From contig JBHGNT010000008.1 in assembly GCA_043228905.1 (NCBI GenBank), positions 620,001 to 684,000 of the forward strand: a stretch of DNA of 64,000 nt, given 5' to 3'. Positions within the stretch are counted from its first letter, which is position 1. Every line of letters begins with the position of its first letter. This document shows positions 36,643 through 48,346 of the stretch, piece after piece. The notes beneath the pieces are model-generated. The model saw nothing but the letters and a program-made list of their open reading frames with translations, did not search any database and had not been told where the DNA came from. A program made the position numbers and the translations under genes. The DNA comes from Azolla caroliniana (taxonomy: Eukaryota > Plantae > Polypodiophyta).

Positions 36643-38487
36643 GGACACCCGGGAAAAACCCCACAAATGTACAGTACGGAAGAAGACCTACACCATAGGT
36701 AGGAAATTTTGGTTCTCCGACAACGGAGGTTGTACTATGGCCGGCGTCAACGGCCGGGAAAGGAAGCAAGCGGAGGAGCGGCTCAGGGGATGCGGAGTCC
36801 TCTTCCCCGACGAAGACATCAGCGGCGCCGTGGAGGTGGTCTCTTTTGACGACACCTTGGGCGAGTTGCAAAAGGTGATCGGTGAAGACCTTAGAGAAGA
36901 CCGGACCGTTCCGGTAGGTTCGATGGGAATGTACGAAGTCATCGCGGACTTCGGGGAAAGGGTCGGGTCGGATCGGACGGCCCGCGTGGATACAAAGTAC
37001 AAGACTGTGGACCGGAAGGTGAGGCCAGTCGCGGCACCCGTGCCGGAGGGCAGCGAGGAGCGGATAAAAGGGGTCGCGTCGGACCCGAGTTTACAGAATC
37101 CGGTTGGCATAGGGCACCAGTTCACCGACATAACACTATGGGAGCTCAAGGTTGGTGGGGGTGGCTTTCTACTGTCGGCGGAGGAGAACAGGTTTCGGAG
37201 AATGCTTGGAGGGCATAGGCAAGCCTTCGCGTTCTCGCCGGAGGATAACGGGTGCGTGGACCCGACGATCGTCGAACCGATGGTGATCTTCACGGTACCT
37301 CATGTACCATGGAATCTCAAACCGATTCCGGTGCCGAGAGCTCACATCGCGAAGTTGATGGAGCTTCTAAAGCAAAAGGTGGAGATGGGCATCCTCGAAC
37401 CGTTGAGTGCCCCGTATTCGAATTGGTGGTCTACGGTGCTGAAGAAGAATGGCACGTTGCGCTTCATTCAGGACCTGCAACCGGTCAACAAGGTGACCAT
37501 CCGTAACGTAGGAATCGGACCGACCATAGACGAGTTCGCGGAGGCCTTCGCTGGAAGGTCGATCTATTTGGTCGGTGACTTATACTCGGGGTACGACCAA
37601 TTCCAGCTAGCCGTGGAAAGCAGGGATATCACGACGATGCGAACTCCTCTCGGCCTAGTGCGGATGTGTACCCTACCACAAGGCGGGACCAATTCGGTGG
37701 CGCATATGGTGAACGCAATGAACAAGGTGCTAAGGGATTGCATCCCGGACATCACCATGCCATTCTTGGACGACATCCCGATAAAGGGGTGTCCGGTGAA
37801 TGACACGGACGAAACTGTCGGGCCAGACGGATGCCGGAGGTTCGTCATGAACCACATCAACGACTGCGAGAAGGTGTTGCAGAGGCTCGAAGACGCACGA
37901 CTCACCTTCTCCGGAGAAAAATCGGCCTTCCGTCAGTCGTAGATCTTGGTGGTCGGACACCTGTGCAGGCACTACAGTAGGAAACCGTCTCCGGCAAAGG
38001 TAGAGGCCATCTCAGCGATGAGGGACGATTGTGGGTCGATCACGGAGGTCCGCAGATTCTTGGGAGCATGCGCGTTCTACCACATCTGGGTTCCGCACTA
38101 CGCGCATGTTGCGGAGCCTCTCTACGGGCTATTGAAGAAAGGGCATGGGTTCGAGTGGAAGAAAGAGCACACGGAGTCGGTCCGGAGACTAAAGGAGGCG
38201 CTTACGGTAGCGTCGGTCCTCCGCAAAGCGGTTTACGGCAAGGGTGTCCCCATTTGCGTGACGGTGGACACAAGCCTGACTGGGATCGGGTGTGTAATCA
38301 GTCAGGAGGACAAGGACGACGTACGATTCCCGATCCGGTTTGGGGCGAAGGTATTGAGCGAGCGGCAGCGAGGATACGCCCAAGTTAAGCGCGAGCATGG
38401 GGTATCGTTTCGGCAGTCAAGGCCGACAAGGACTATCTGATCCGGACGGAGGTGATCATCGAGACGGACTGCCTGCCGATACTCGGC

Positions 38488-38759
38488 ATGGTTTCCAGAT
38501 GCACGACGTCGGACCTAGCAATGCTCCGGTGGATAGCGTACATTAAGTCCTTGAACCCGGAGATACGACACATCTCCGGAAAGGACAACACCATGGCCGA
38601 CATGCTTTCGAGAGCGAGGTTCAATGGTTTCCGGATGCCCGACGTCAGACCTAGCAATGCTCCGGTGGATAGCGTACATTAAGTCCCTGAACCCGGAGAT
38701 ACGGCACATCTCCGGAAAGGACAACGCCATGGCCGACATGCTTTCGAGAGTGAGGTTCA
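38488..38759 (+). repeat. 136-bp tandem duplication in RNase H (frameshifting)
   Basis: ATGGTTTCC.GATGC.CGACGTC...GAGGTTCA occurs at 38488 and 38624; peptide SDLAMLRWIAYIKSLNPEIRHISGKDN appears twice. Confidence 0.92.
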
Positions 38760-40839
38760 ACGACGAAGACGGCAAGGTTTCGGATGACGAAGAAGTCCGC
38801 GAGGACTTCTTCGAGTCGGCTAACGTAACGACGAGGAAAAAGGACACTCCGGTGCTTAACGAATTTGACGAAAGCAGATACGACGGGGAGTGGCTCCTAA
38901 TCGGGAGGTTCCTACGGACGATGACGCCAGACGCAGCATGGACGAGAGAAGAGGTGAGCCGGGTAGGGAAGAAGGCGTACCGATTCTTCCTGCGGGACGA
39001 GTGCATATGGAGGCACCCAAAGAAAAGAAACGGCGTGCCGCTCCGAGTAGTGGCAAAGAAAGAAGAACAGGAGGAACTACTGGCGGCATTTCACGAGAGT
39101 TCCTGGGCCGGACACCGCGGAACGTGGGCCACGTTCGAGAAGTTGAAGGAGAAGTACTGGTGGTCGGGGCTGTACCAGGACGTGCATCAGTTCGTAACGA
39201 CTTGTGAAAGTTGTCAGATGCACTCCGTAGTTCGACATCGGGACGAGCTACACCCGACTTACCCGCCTACGGTCCATTTCAAGTGGATGGTGGACTTGGT
39301 GACAATGCCGATGGGAGTAGGACAGATACGATACCTGGTGCTTGCGCGGGAAGACTTAACGAACCAGGTGGAAGGCCGTGCACTGCAAAACAAGACAACC
39401 GCGGCGGTATGCTGGTTCCTGATCGAAGAGGTAGTGTGTCGGTACGGGTGCGTTGGGAGGATCGTGGCAGACCGGGGAGAGCTGGATGCGCGAGAAGTTG
39501 AGGAGTTGTTCGACCGGCTGGGCGTCAAACTCTCCCTCACTACAGCGTACAATCTGGAGGCGAACGGGAAGGTAGAACGTGGGCACGGGCCGATCGTAAA
39601 GGCGTTGGTGCGTGCATGCAGAGGGTAGGTCAAAAATTGTCTGTGGCTCCTTCCTTACGCACTATGGGCAGACCGAACTACGCACAGTTCGGTAACATGG
39701 TTTATGCCGGTAGAGCTGATGTACGGACAGAAGCCGATCATGCCAGTGGAACAAACGGTTTCTTCATGGGCGTCGGTAGATTGGAAGGACGAGATGAGCC
39801 GGGAGGAGTTGTTGGCGGCGCGGATTCGGCAACTCGAGTGGAGGCCGGAGGACATGAAAAGGGCGAAGGAAAAGTTGTGGGCGGCAAGGGAGCGGAAAAA
39901 GACCCAGTTCAACCGGACACACCGGTTGCGACCAAAGAAGATCAAGGAAGGCGACTGGGTCTTGGTGTACAACAACAGCCTTGACAATCAGCACAAGGCG
40001 GTGCGAAAGTTTGTTAGGACGTGGTTCGGGCCCTACACGGTGACGAGCGCGAACGACAATGACACGTACCACCTCGCGGAACTCGACGGGACACGGTTAG
40101 CAGTGCCAGTTGCCGGGAAGTGGATCAAAGCGTTCAAGAAGCGGTTCGAAGACAAGCCGGAGCCTGCGAGCAGGAGCGACAACGACGATCAGTTTGGGCC
40201 CGGCAGAGAATCGGAGAGCGACAAGTGAAGCCGGTATGTCGTCTCTGGCACATGCCGGTGGATGCACAGTTTGGTGGGGGTGGATGTCGTGAAGAAAACC
40301 TGCCATTGGCGGAATCAGACAAAAAGGTGCATGAACCGGCTCTTACACGGATGGACGCGTGAATTGATATTTTGATATTGATTAATAAATGGATCGGCTG
40401 ATGTAAATACTAAGTAGTACACATTTATTAGGGGATTGTGCGTATCTCTGTCAGAGGGGACAGGGAATAAAGCGATTTGACTAGGGAAAAAGGGCACCCC
40501 CTTTTGGGAACTATTTAAGGAGAGGAGAGAAGGAAGAGGAAATATCGCGTTGGCGAGGACGAAGTGCTGCTGCAGAACCGAGTGTCGAGCTCTCTCTCCT
40601 TCGATCGTCGTTCTCTGCGGTGTCAGGAGTTCGCTGCCTCTGCTTCGTGGACAGCCCGTGTGCTTCCAGCTGAGTCTCTCTCCTCCCCCTTTCCCCTTTC
40701 GTTTCTTCGAGTCGTGTGGCTGCCATCGGTGTGCGTGAGTAGGACCCCATGTCGGGTCCATTACCGGGTTGCCGGTTGTAAGCTATTGACTATAGTAATA
40801 AGATTCCTGTTTTCCTTGCTCTTAATCTCTCTCTGTGTA

Positions 40840-40877
<38 letters not shown>

Positions 40878-41091
40878 TGGTCCGAGACCCAAGTGGTACC
40901 GCCTCTTTCTACACGCACGCACGTAACAACACGACAACGTTCATATATCTTTCTGTTTTTCTTTCTTCTTAGTCTATCTCTCTCTCTCGTGATTCTCTCA
41001 CAGTCTCTCTCCCTTCCCTCTACATTTCGTGTAATTCTGATAGTACTCTCTCTCTCTCACTCAATCACTCACTCTCTCTTTCTCTCCCCTT

Positions 41092-41866
41092 GAGACAGGA
41101 TTGTTTCCCATTGAGATCATGGTCATGGAAAGGGTTGTTGAATACATTCTTAAGGTTCAAAAAAGTCCCTCACATTGACTTCCTAGAATTACATGGAAAG
41201 CAAACAAAAAGATCCAAAAGACGCATAAAAGCAAAATTTTGTGTTCCAGTTGGATGCAAGATATAGAAAAATGGTTTGTTAGATGGGATGCAAGACACTT
41301 GCTTCATGATGCATCACTAGATTCCTCAGTAAATGAGTTCTGTTTGCAATGCCAATGTATCATGACATGGGAAAAACGTAGAGGTTCACGCTTCACACAT
41401 TATACTACACATGTTGCACTTAACTACAAAACCATATCCTTCGTGGAATGGGATTCAAATTGTACACATCGATACATGTTAGAGCCCATCCCATTATCTG
41501 TCATTCGAACCATTGCTTCCATGCGACTTAGCTCACATGCATTGCGATGTGAGACAGGGCGTTGGGGCACAAGTGATAAGAGTGGTCGTCTATCCACACT
41601 TTGCCCTAAACAAGTTCCAGAGTCTGAGTATCACACTTTGAGACAATGTTCTACCTTTGATCATATTCGACCATGATTTCCACATCTCTTCGACCAAGCC
41701 CAATCCTTGCACGAATTTCTCTCACAACCACAATGTGCACTCTCGATTGCAACATTCATTGGTAAAGTTCTTGAACATCGACAATCACTACTCATTTTCA
41801 CACGTATCACGTGAAATGTAATATTTTAGGTCTCATAGGTCATATTTGACCTCCGAAGACAATAAT

Positions 41867-41917
<51 letters not shown>
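41092..41917 (+). mobile_element. 5'-truncated RTE-like LINE 3' end with terminal stem-loop and (CT)n tail
   Basis: RLSSHALRCETGRWG...LCPKQVPESEYHTL..C, followed by a hairpin and (CT)n at 41871-41917. Confidence 0.8.
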
Positions 41918-41918
<1 letters not shown>

Positions 41919-42400
41919 GTACTAATCCTCTCTGTCCCTAGTACTACTCCTGAGAATTATAGGGGAGTATTGAATACAGATGTGTAATGGTTGTATTCAC
42001 ACAATCCCTTTGGATAGAATAGGTTTAGGAAATTTATGTAAATGTGTCTAAGGGTGATTGCCCTAACCTAGTTAGTATATAACTGGTCTTGTAACCTAGT
42101 TCATAATGTTGTAGATAGTGTTAGTCTTGTATTGTAACATTTTGGAATAAAACCGTTACATTGTGTGCCTCTTTGTCTCTCTCTCTCACACACACATTCT
42201 ATCTTGTTAATATGGATACATGCTTGAGTTGACTTGTTCATCTCTACCTATAATCTATTTATTTGATTATGCTATTATCAACTTGGTGTTCCGCAACACC
42301 TATATGTTGCATCTGTCTTTGCACTAACGGCCTAACTCACAACACGCATTGTGTGTGACACCATCTAAAGAGCTTTATTCGATCATCATGGTATCAAAGG
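41918..42400 (+). mobile_element. Old LTR remnant ending in ...CA followed by a degenerate tRNA-iMet PBS
   Basis: GATCATCA|TGGTATCAAAG at ~42380-42399, in AT/CT-rich LTR-like sequence. Confidence 0.45.
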
Positions 42401-42880
42401 AAGATAATAAGGCACCATAGAGACCATAATCAATTGGACCACCTTAAGCTATGAATGAAAAGGTTAGAATTGAGACCTCCAATACATAAACTTATTCCAA
42501 CCTGGAACGATGCACACAACAGGGAAAACGCAGGTCGCGTGTGGCGCGAACAACGCAACCACATCAACAGATGCTCCTAGCACGATCAAGAGATCGACTG
42601 CAGGCCAGCCACATACTTCTTCTGCGCGAGCAGGGGAGTCCGGTGCACCCCCCCAACTTTCGCCTCATCTGTGTGATGAGTCAGTCGGCCTTGTATTGTC
42701 AGAGGAGGATAGAGCTATTGTTTTGGGTGAGGTAAGTAGGTTGGAAGCTTTCTCTTTGGTAGTGCAGGTACAAGGTTCGCGAATGAATAGATTGGAACTC
42801 TGTCATACTCTGTACGTTGCTTTCTCGGAGGAAGCGGATAACATTCAATTCATGTCTCGAGGATGTTATCATGTGGAATT

Positions 42881-43144
42881 TGTTGAAGACAGTGCTCGGC
42901 CACAACCGAGGAATAGGATCAACTCACAGAAAACGGGAAATACCAAAATGCACGAAGACAATAGAGAGAAGAGTACATAGGATATTTTACGTGGAAAACC
43001 CTAAATGGGAAAAACCACGGGAGTCCTCAAACTCCAACTATCACTATGAACAGAGATGTACAATGGTGAAGCTACAAGGCAACAACCTTGAGCTCACTGT
43101 CTTCGCCACAGGCGGCGGTAATACACAGAGGCAACGACCTCTTC

Positions 43145-43179
<35 letters not shown>

Positions 43180-46100
43180 CTGCTCACTTAGCTCCCACTA
43201 AGTGGAAAACCAGAAAAGTAAGTAACAACAGTAACAAACTGTTTGCCCTAAGTCATATTTATACACATATGACTTTCAGGCTATTTACAAATATAGCCTC
43301 AAGAGCCCTTGGCAAACATATTCACAAATATGTCCCCGCATCCGGATCTCTCTCCGGGTACATTCGTCATCCTGCTCCGTAACCGGGGTCTTCATCATCC
43401 GGCTCCGTAGCCGGGGTCTTCATCATCCGGCTCCGTAGCCGGGGTCTTCATCATCCGGCTCCGTAGCCGGGGTCTTCATCCGGCTTCATGCCGGGTACTC
43501 TTCATCCTCCGGTTCTGTAACCGCAACCGGGCTTGCCGTCATTCATCTCCGGACATCCCATCCGGAGGGACCGTCATCCCAACAAACTCCCCCTTCACTT
43601 CGGCATGGGATGTCTCTCCAATCCGATCCTCTTCCGGCATGCTTCCAGCTTGTCGGGTGTGAGCACCTTGGTCAGCATATCCGACCCGTTCTCGTCCGTG
43701 TGGATCTTCGTCAGCACGAACTCCTTGTCTTCTATCCTTTCCCGGATCCAGTGGTATCTACGCTGAATGTGTTTCGTCCGGGAATGGTAGGCCGCGTTCT
43801 TCGCAAGGTGGATGGCACTCTGACTATCGCAGTAGAGCCGGTACTCCTCCTACCGGATACCGAGCTCTCTAATGAAGTCCTTCATCCATATTATTTCCTT
43901 GCTGGCTTCAACAGCCGCCATGTACTCCGCCTCCGTGGTTGACAACGCAACCGTCTTCTGCAACCTCGACTGCCACGAAACGGCTCCCCCTGCATATGTC
44001 ATTACATACCCAGATGTAGACCGGCTGGTATCCGCATCAGCCGACATGTCCGAATCGGTAAATCCATCGAGTTCGGGCTTACCGGAGCCGAATCGGAGGC
44101 ACATGTTCGAAGTGCCCTTTAAGTATCGGAGTATCCATTTGACCGCGTTCCAGTGCTCCTTGCCGGGATTGCTCATGTACCGGCTCACCACTCCGACTGC
44201 ATATCCTATGTCCGGTCTTGTACACACCATTGCGTACATCAAGCTTCCGACGGCAGAGGCATATGGTACTTTCATCATGTCCTCCTTCTCAGCCTTTGTC
44301 TTGGGACTTTGCTTGCCGGATAACTTGCAGTTTGTCGGGAGGGTTGATCCGACCGGTCTTGCTTCCGACATGTTGAACCGTTGAAGCACCTTTGTCACGT
44401 ACTTCTCCTGTGACAGCCACAACTGCTTCTTCCTCCGGTCCCGGATGATGTGCATCCCTAGTATTTGCCTCGCCGGACCCAGGTCCTTCATTGAGAAGGT
44501 TCGGTGAAGAGCCTTCTTCAGCATCCGTATCTTGACCTGGTCCCGTCCGACGATCAACATGTCGTCCACGTACAGGAGGAGTATTAGAAAGTCTCCTCCT
44601 TCGAACTTCTTTACAAATACGCAGTGATCAGCCTGCGTTTTGTGGTACCCTTCGTCGGTCATGAAAGAGTCGAACTTCCGGTACCATTGTCGGGGAGCCT
44701 GCTTCAGTCCGTAAAGGCTCTTCTTCAACCGGCATACCAGGTGCTCCTCCCCTTTCTTCTCGAATCCTTCCGGTTGCTGCATGTAGATCTCTTCTTCGAG
44801 GTCACCGTGAAGGAATGCCGTCTTCACGTCCATCTGTTCTACCTCGAGGTCCATGCTTGCCACTATGCTCAGCACCGTCCGGATGGAGGTCATCTTCACT
44901 ACCGGGGCAAATATCTCATCGAAGTCGACGCCCTTCTTCTGCTGGAACCCCTTCACCACGATCGTGGCTTTGTATCTCGGGGGGTTGCCGACATCTCCCG
45001 GTTTCAGCTTGAACACCCACTTGTTTCGAAGTGCCCGTTTTCCTTTCGGCAACTCCACAAGTTCATATGTGTGGTTCTCATGCAGGGAATCCATCTCGTC
45101 CTGCATGGCACTCAACCACTTGCGGCTCTGGGTGTCATGCTTTGCTTCTTCAAAGCTCTCCGGCTCCCCCTCGTCGGTCAGCAACACGTGCTCTGGATCC
45201 GGAAATCTCCGGGGGGCCCTTCTCTCTCTTAGAGGATATCTCCGTTCCAGAGCTTCGATAACCGGCTCCTCCGTTTCCTCTTCATCCGAATCCATTTCGG
45301 GATCGGGGCCGGTTCCGGTATCTGTTTCATCTTCCTCGGCCGGTTCTGTTTCTTCACCGTCTTCGGCCGGATCCTCGAGTGCTAACCGGTCCCTTGCCGG
45401 TCGGGACTGCTCCTCGTAGAGTTGATTCTCACCGGTCGACTTGGAGCTCTTCATCTTCTTCCCCGACTCCCAGTCGGCGAGTGTCTTGTCCTCCATGAAG
45501 ATGATATCTCGACTCCTGAATATCTTCTTGTCGACCGGGTCCCATACTCGGTAGCCGAACTCGTCGTCGCCGTAACCGAGGAATATGCATGGCCGGGTCT
45601 TTGGATCTAACTTTCCTCTCCGGTCCTTTGCCACATGCACGTATGCGAGACACCCGAACACCTTCAGATGCCGGTAGGACACTTCCTTACCGGTCCACAC
45701 TCTCTGTGGCGTGTCTCCATCTAGGGGTACTGAGGGTGATCTATTTATCACATATGTCGCCGTCGACATTGCCTCAACCCAAAATCCCTTGGGTAATTTC
45801 GCATGTGCTAACATACTCCGGACCCTCTCCATTATGGTCCGGTTCATCCTCTCGGCCAGCCCGTTCAGTTCCGGCGTCTTCGGCACAGTAAACTCGAGCC
45901 GAATTCCCATCGAACGGCAATACTCCTCAAATTGCCCTCGGTATTCTCCTCCATTATCTGCTCGTATCGCTTTCAGCTTCTTGCCGGATTCCCTTTCCAC
46001 TCTCGCGTGGAGTTCTTTGAAGACGGACAATACTTGGTCCTTTGTCTTCAACGGTGCCGTCCACAGCTTCTGGCTATGGTCATCTATGAATGTTACGAAG

Positions 46101-47964
46101 TACTGGGCTCCGCCATGTGACTTCGTTTCTACCTGGCACACATCAGTGTGTACCAACTCCAATGGTACACTACGTCTCATCGGTGGTCTTGAGCGGAAGG
46201 AGGTCCGGTTTTGCTTACCGGCCAGACAGTCGGTACACTTCCCCAGGTGTACGTGCTTTACCGGTATCAGGTTGTCTTCGGCAAGCCTCTTCATCCCCTT
46301 CTCGCTCATGTGGCACAGTCTCTTGTGCCACAGCTCACCGTCAGTGTCAGCTGCCACGTTCAGCTCCTCCGGACATAGCCGGGAATTCATCAGGTACAGT
46401 GTGTTAATCTTCCGGGCCCGAGCCACTATCAGGCTCCCTTTGCTAAACTTCATGACACCGTTCCGGATGCTACCCGTGTAGCCTTCATCGTCTAGCCTCC
46501 CGACCGAAATCAGGTTCAATCGAACCTCCTGAACGTGTCGTACATCCTTCAGGAGCATCTTGCATCCGGTTGATGTCATCAGCCACACGTCTCCTATGCC
46601 GGCAATCCGGCATGTACCTTCATTTCCCATCCGGACACAGCCGTGCTCACCGGCTGTGTAGGATGAGAAGTATTTCTTCTCCGGGGTCAGGTGGAACGAC
46701 GCTCCGGAATCGACCACCCAGGTCATCTCTTCACCGGCAAGGTTCAGCTCCCTTTCTTCGGTAATGAGCATTATCTCTTCTTCACTTGCCGCGAGTGCCG
46801 TCGTTCCTTTCCGGTCCTGCCCTCGCCGATCCGGACCTCTCCGGTCCGTGGCTCCCCGGTATGCACCGTTTCGCTCCGGTGACTTCTTCGAATCGGTACC
46901 GTCGGTTCCGTTGTCTTTCCGGAAATGCCGACAGTTCTTCTGGAAGTGCCCCGGCTTCCCACAGTAGAAGCATGTAGGTCTTCCCCTCGACTGCGACCGT
47001 GTTCCCGACTTCTCCCGTCTTTGCGGACTCCGGTTCCGTTGTCTTCCCCGTTCCGATTCGGTAAGCAGCGCCTTCGAGTCGGAGGCCGGTTCTTTATCTC
47101 TCCGACGCGCTTCTTCATTTAGAATACTTGTCTTTACCGTTAGTAAAGACAAGTTCTCTTCCTTACAGGAGGTGCTGAGAGTAACTACCAAGTTCTCCCA
47201 GCTCTCCGGAAGGGTACACATCAGCATGATGGCTTGCATTGCGTCATCCAACGGGAACTTGATCGCCGCAAGCTGGTTCACGAATCCCATGAACGTGCTG
47301 ACGTGTTCGACCATACTCTCGCCGTCCCGGTACTTAAGATTCACTATCTTCCTCATCAGGGAGGTCCGGGTCAGAGCATTCTTCCTCTCATACAGTCCGG
47401 ACAGCTTCTGCCACATCTCATAGGCGTTCGTATCGTTCGCCACATGTTGCAGGACACTTACATCGACATATTGCCGGATCGTCGCTACGGCTTTCCGGTT
47501 CAGGAGCTTCCACTCCGACTCTATTACCCCCTTGGGTATCTCGGCATTGTCGATCGGTTCGTACAGGTCTCGGACGATGAGAAGGTCTTCCATCTTTATC
47601 TTCCAGTCGGCGGAGGTTCTGTGAGTTCAACACCATCATGCCCGAAGGCCCACTACCGCCGCCTTCCATTTTCTGTGTTACCGTCGCTCTGATACCACTT
47701 TGTTGAAGACAGTGCTCGGCCACAACCGAGGAATAGGATCAACTCACAGAAAACGGGAAATACCAAAATGCACGAAGACAATAGAGAGAAGAGTACACAG
47801 GATATTTTACGTGGAAAACCCTAAATGGGAAAAACCACGGGAGTCCTCAAACTCCAACTATCACTATGAACAGAGATGTACAATGGTGAAGCTACAAGGC
47901 AACAACCTTGAGCTCACTGTCTTCGCCACAGGCGGCGGTAATACACAGAGGCAACGACCTCTTC

Positions 47965-47997
<33 letters not shown>

Positions 47998-48346
47998 CTG
48001 CTCACTTAGCTCCCACTAAGTGGAAAACCAGAAAAGTAAGTAACAACAGTAACAAACTGTTTGCCCTAAGTCATATTTATACACATATGACTTTCGGGCT
48101 ATTTACAAATATAGCCTCAAGAGCCCTTGGCAAACATATTCACAAATATGTCCCCGCATCCGGATCTCTCTCCGGGTACATTCGTCATCCTGCTCCGTAA
48201 CCGGGGTCTTCATCATCCGGCTCCGTAGCCGGGGTCTTCATCCGGCTTCATGCCGGGTACTCTTCATCCTCCGGTTCTGTAACCGCAACCGGGCTTGCCG
48301 TCATTCATCTCCGGACATCCCATCCGGAGGGACCGTCATCCCAACA
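42881..48346 (-). mobile_element. Young full-length Copia (Tnt1/Tork-like), LTRs 42881-43584 and 47701-48346, TSD GAATT
   Basis: TG..CA LTRs nearly identical; TSD at 42876-42880 and 48347-48351; iMet PBS TGGTATCAGAGCG; PPT GAAGTGAAGGGGGAG. Confidence 0.97.
43850..47593 (-). CDS. Copia gag-pol polyprotein (1247 aa; frameshift near the N-terminus, premature TAG in RNase H)
   Basis: CFYCGKPGH..C, WVVDSGAS, LWHKRLCH, integrase D-D-E, LYVDD and FTDSD motifs. The reading frame resumes after the stop (YCDSQSAIHLAKN..HSRTKHI). Confidence 0.92.
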   Translation of the reverse strand: MEDLLIVRDLYEPIDNAEIPKGVIESEWKLLNRKAVATIRQYVDVSVLQHVANDTNAYEMWQKLSGLYERKNALTRTSLMRKIVNLKYRDGESMVEHVSTFMGFVNQLAAIKFPLDDAMQAIMLMCTLPESWENLVVTLSTSCKEENLSLLTVKTSILNEEARRRDKEPASDSKALLTESERGRQRNRSPQRREKSGTRSQSRGRPTCFYCGKPGHFQKNCRHFRKDNGTDGTDSKKSPERNGAYRGATDRRGPDRRGQDRKGTTALAASEEEIMLITEERELNLAGEEMTWVVDSGASFHLTPEKKYFSSYTAGEHGCVRMGNEGTCRIAGIGDVWLMTSTGCKMLLKDVRHVQEVRLNLISVGRLDDEGYTGSIRNGVMKFSKGSLIVARARKINTLYLMNSRLCPEELNVAADTDGELWHKRLCHMSEKGMKRLAEDNLIPVKHVHLGKCTDCLAGKQNRTSFRSRPPMRRSVPLELVHTDVCQVETKSHGGAQYFVTFIDDHSQKLWTAPLKTKDQVLSVFKELHARVERESGKKLKAIRADNGGEYRGQFEEYCRSMGIRLEFTVPKTPELNGLAERMNRTIMERVRSMLAHAKLPKGFWVEAMSTATYVINRSPSVPLDGDTPQRVWTGKEVSYRHLKVFGCLAYVHVAKDRRGKLDPKTRPCIFLGYGDDEFGYRVWDPVDKKIFRSRDIIFMEDKTLADWESGKKMKSSKSTGENQLYEEQSRPARDRLALEDPAEDGEETEPAEEDETDTGTGPDPEMDSDEEETEEPVIEALERRYPLRERRAPRRFPDPEHVLLTDEGEPESFEEAKHDTQSRKWLSAMQDEMDSLHENHTYELVELPKGKRALRNKWVFKLKPGDVGNPPRYKATIVVKGFQQKKGVDFDEIFAPVVKMTSIRTVLSIVASMDLEVEQMDVKTAFLHGDLEEEIYMQQPEGFEKKGEEHLVCRLKKSLYGLKQAPRQWYRKFDSFMTDEGYHKTQADHCVFVKKFEGGDFLILLLYVDDMLIVGRDQVKIRMLKKALHRTFSMKDLGPARQILGMHIIRDRRKKQLWLSQEKYVTKVLQRFNMSEARPVGSTLPTNCKLSGKQSPKTKAEKEDMMKVPYASAVGSLMYAMVCTRPDIGYAVGVVSRYMSNPGKEHWNAVKWILRYLKGTSNMCLRFGSGKPELDGFTDSDMSADADTSRSTSGYVMTYAGGAVSWQSRLQKTVALSTTEAEYMAAVEASKEIIWMKDFIRELGIR

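Larger units (their letters stand above)
34077..40936 (+). mobile_element. Near-full-length Phygy-like Gypsy (deleted 5' LTR ~34077-34445, Trp PBS 34450-34467, gag-AP, RT-RH-INT, PPT, 3' LTR 40285-40936); inactivated
   Basis: Domain order gag (CMWCDAIGH..C), AP (LVDHGSEIN), RT (FLDD), RNase H, integrase; no chromodomain; several frameshifts and stops. Confidence 0.93.

Noticed and set aside
34500-47700. Many long antisense and alternate-frame ORFs over Gypsy and Copia (also 62243-63756)
   Set aside because: Shadow ORFs expected from GC-rich, codon-biased retroelement coding DNA; no recognisable motifs.
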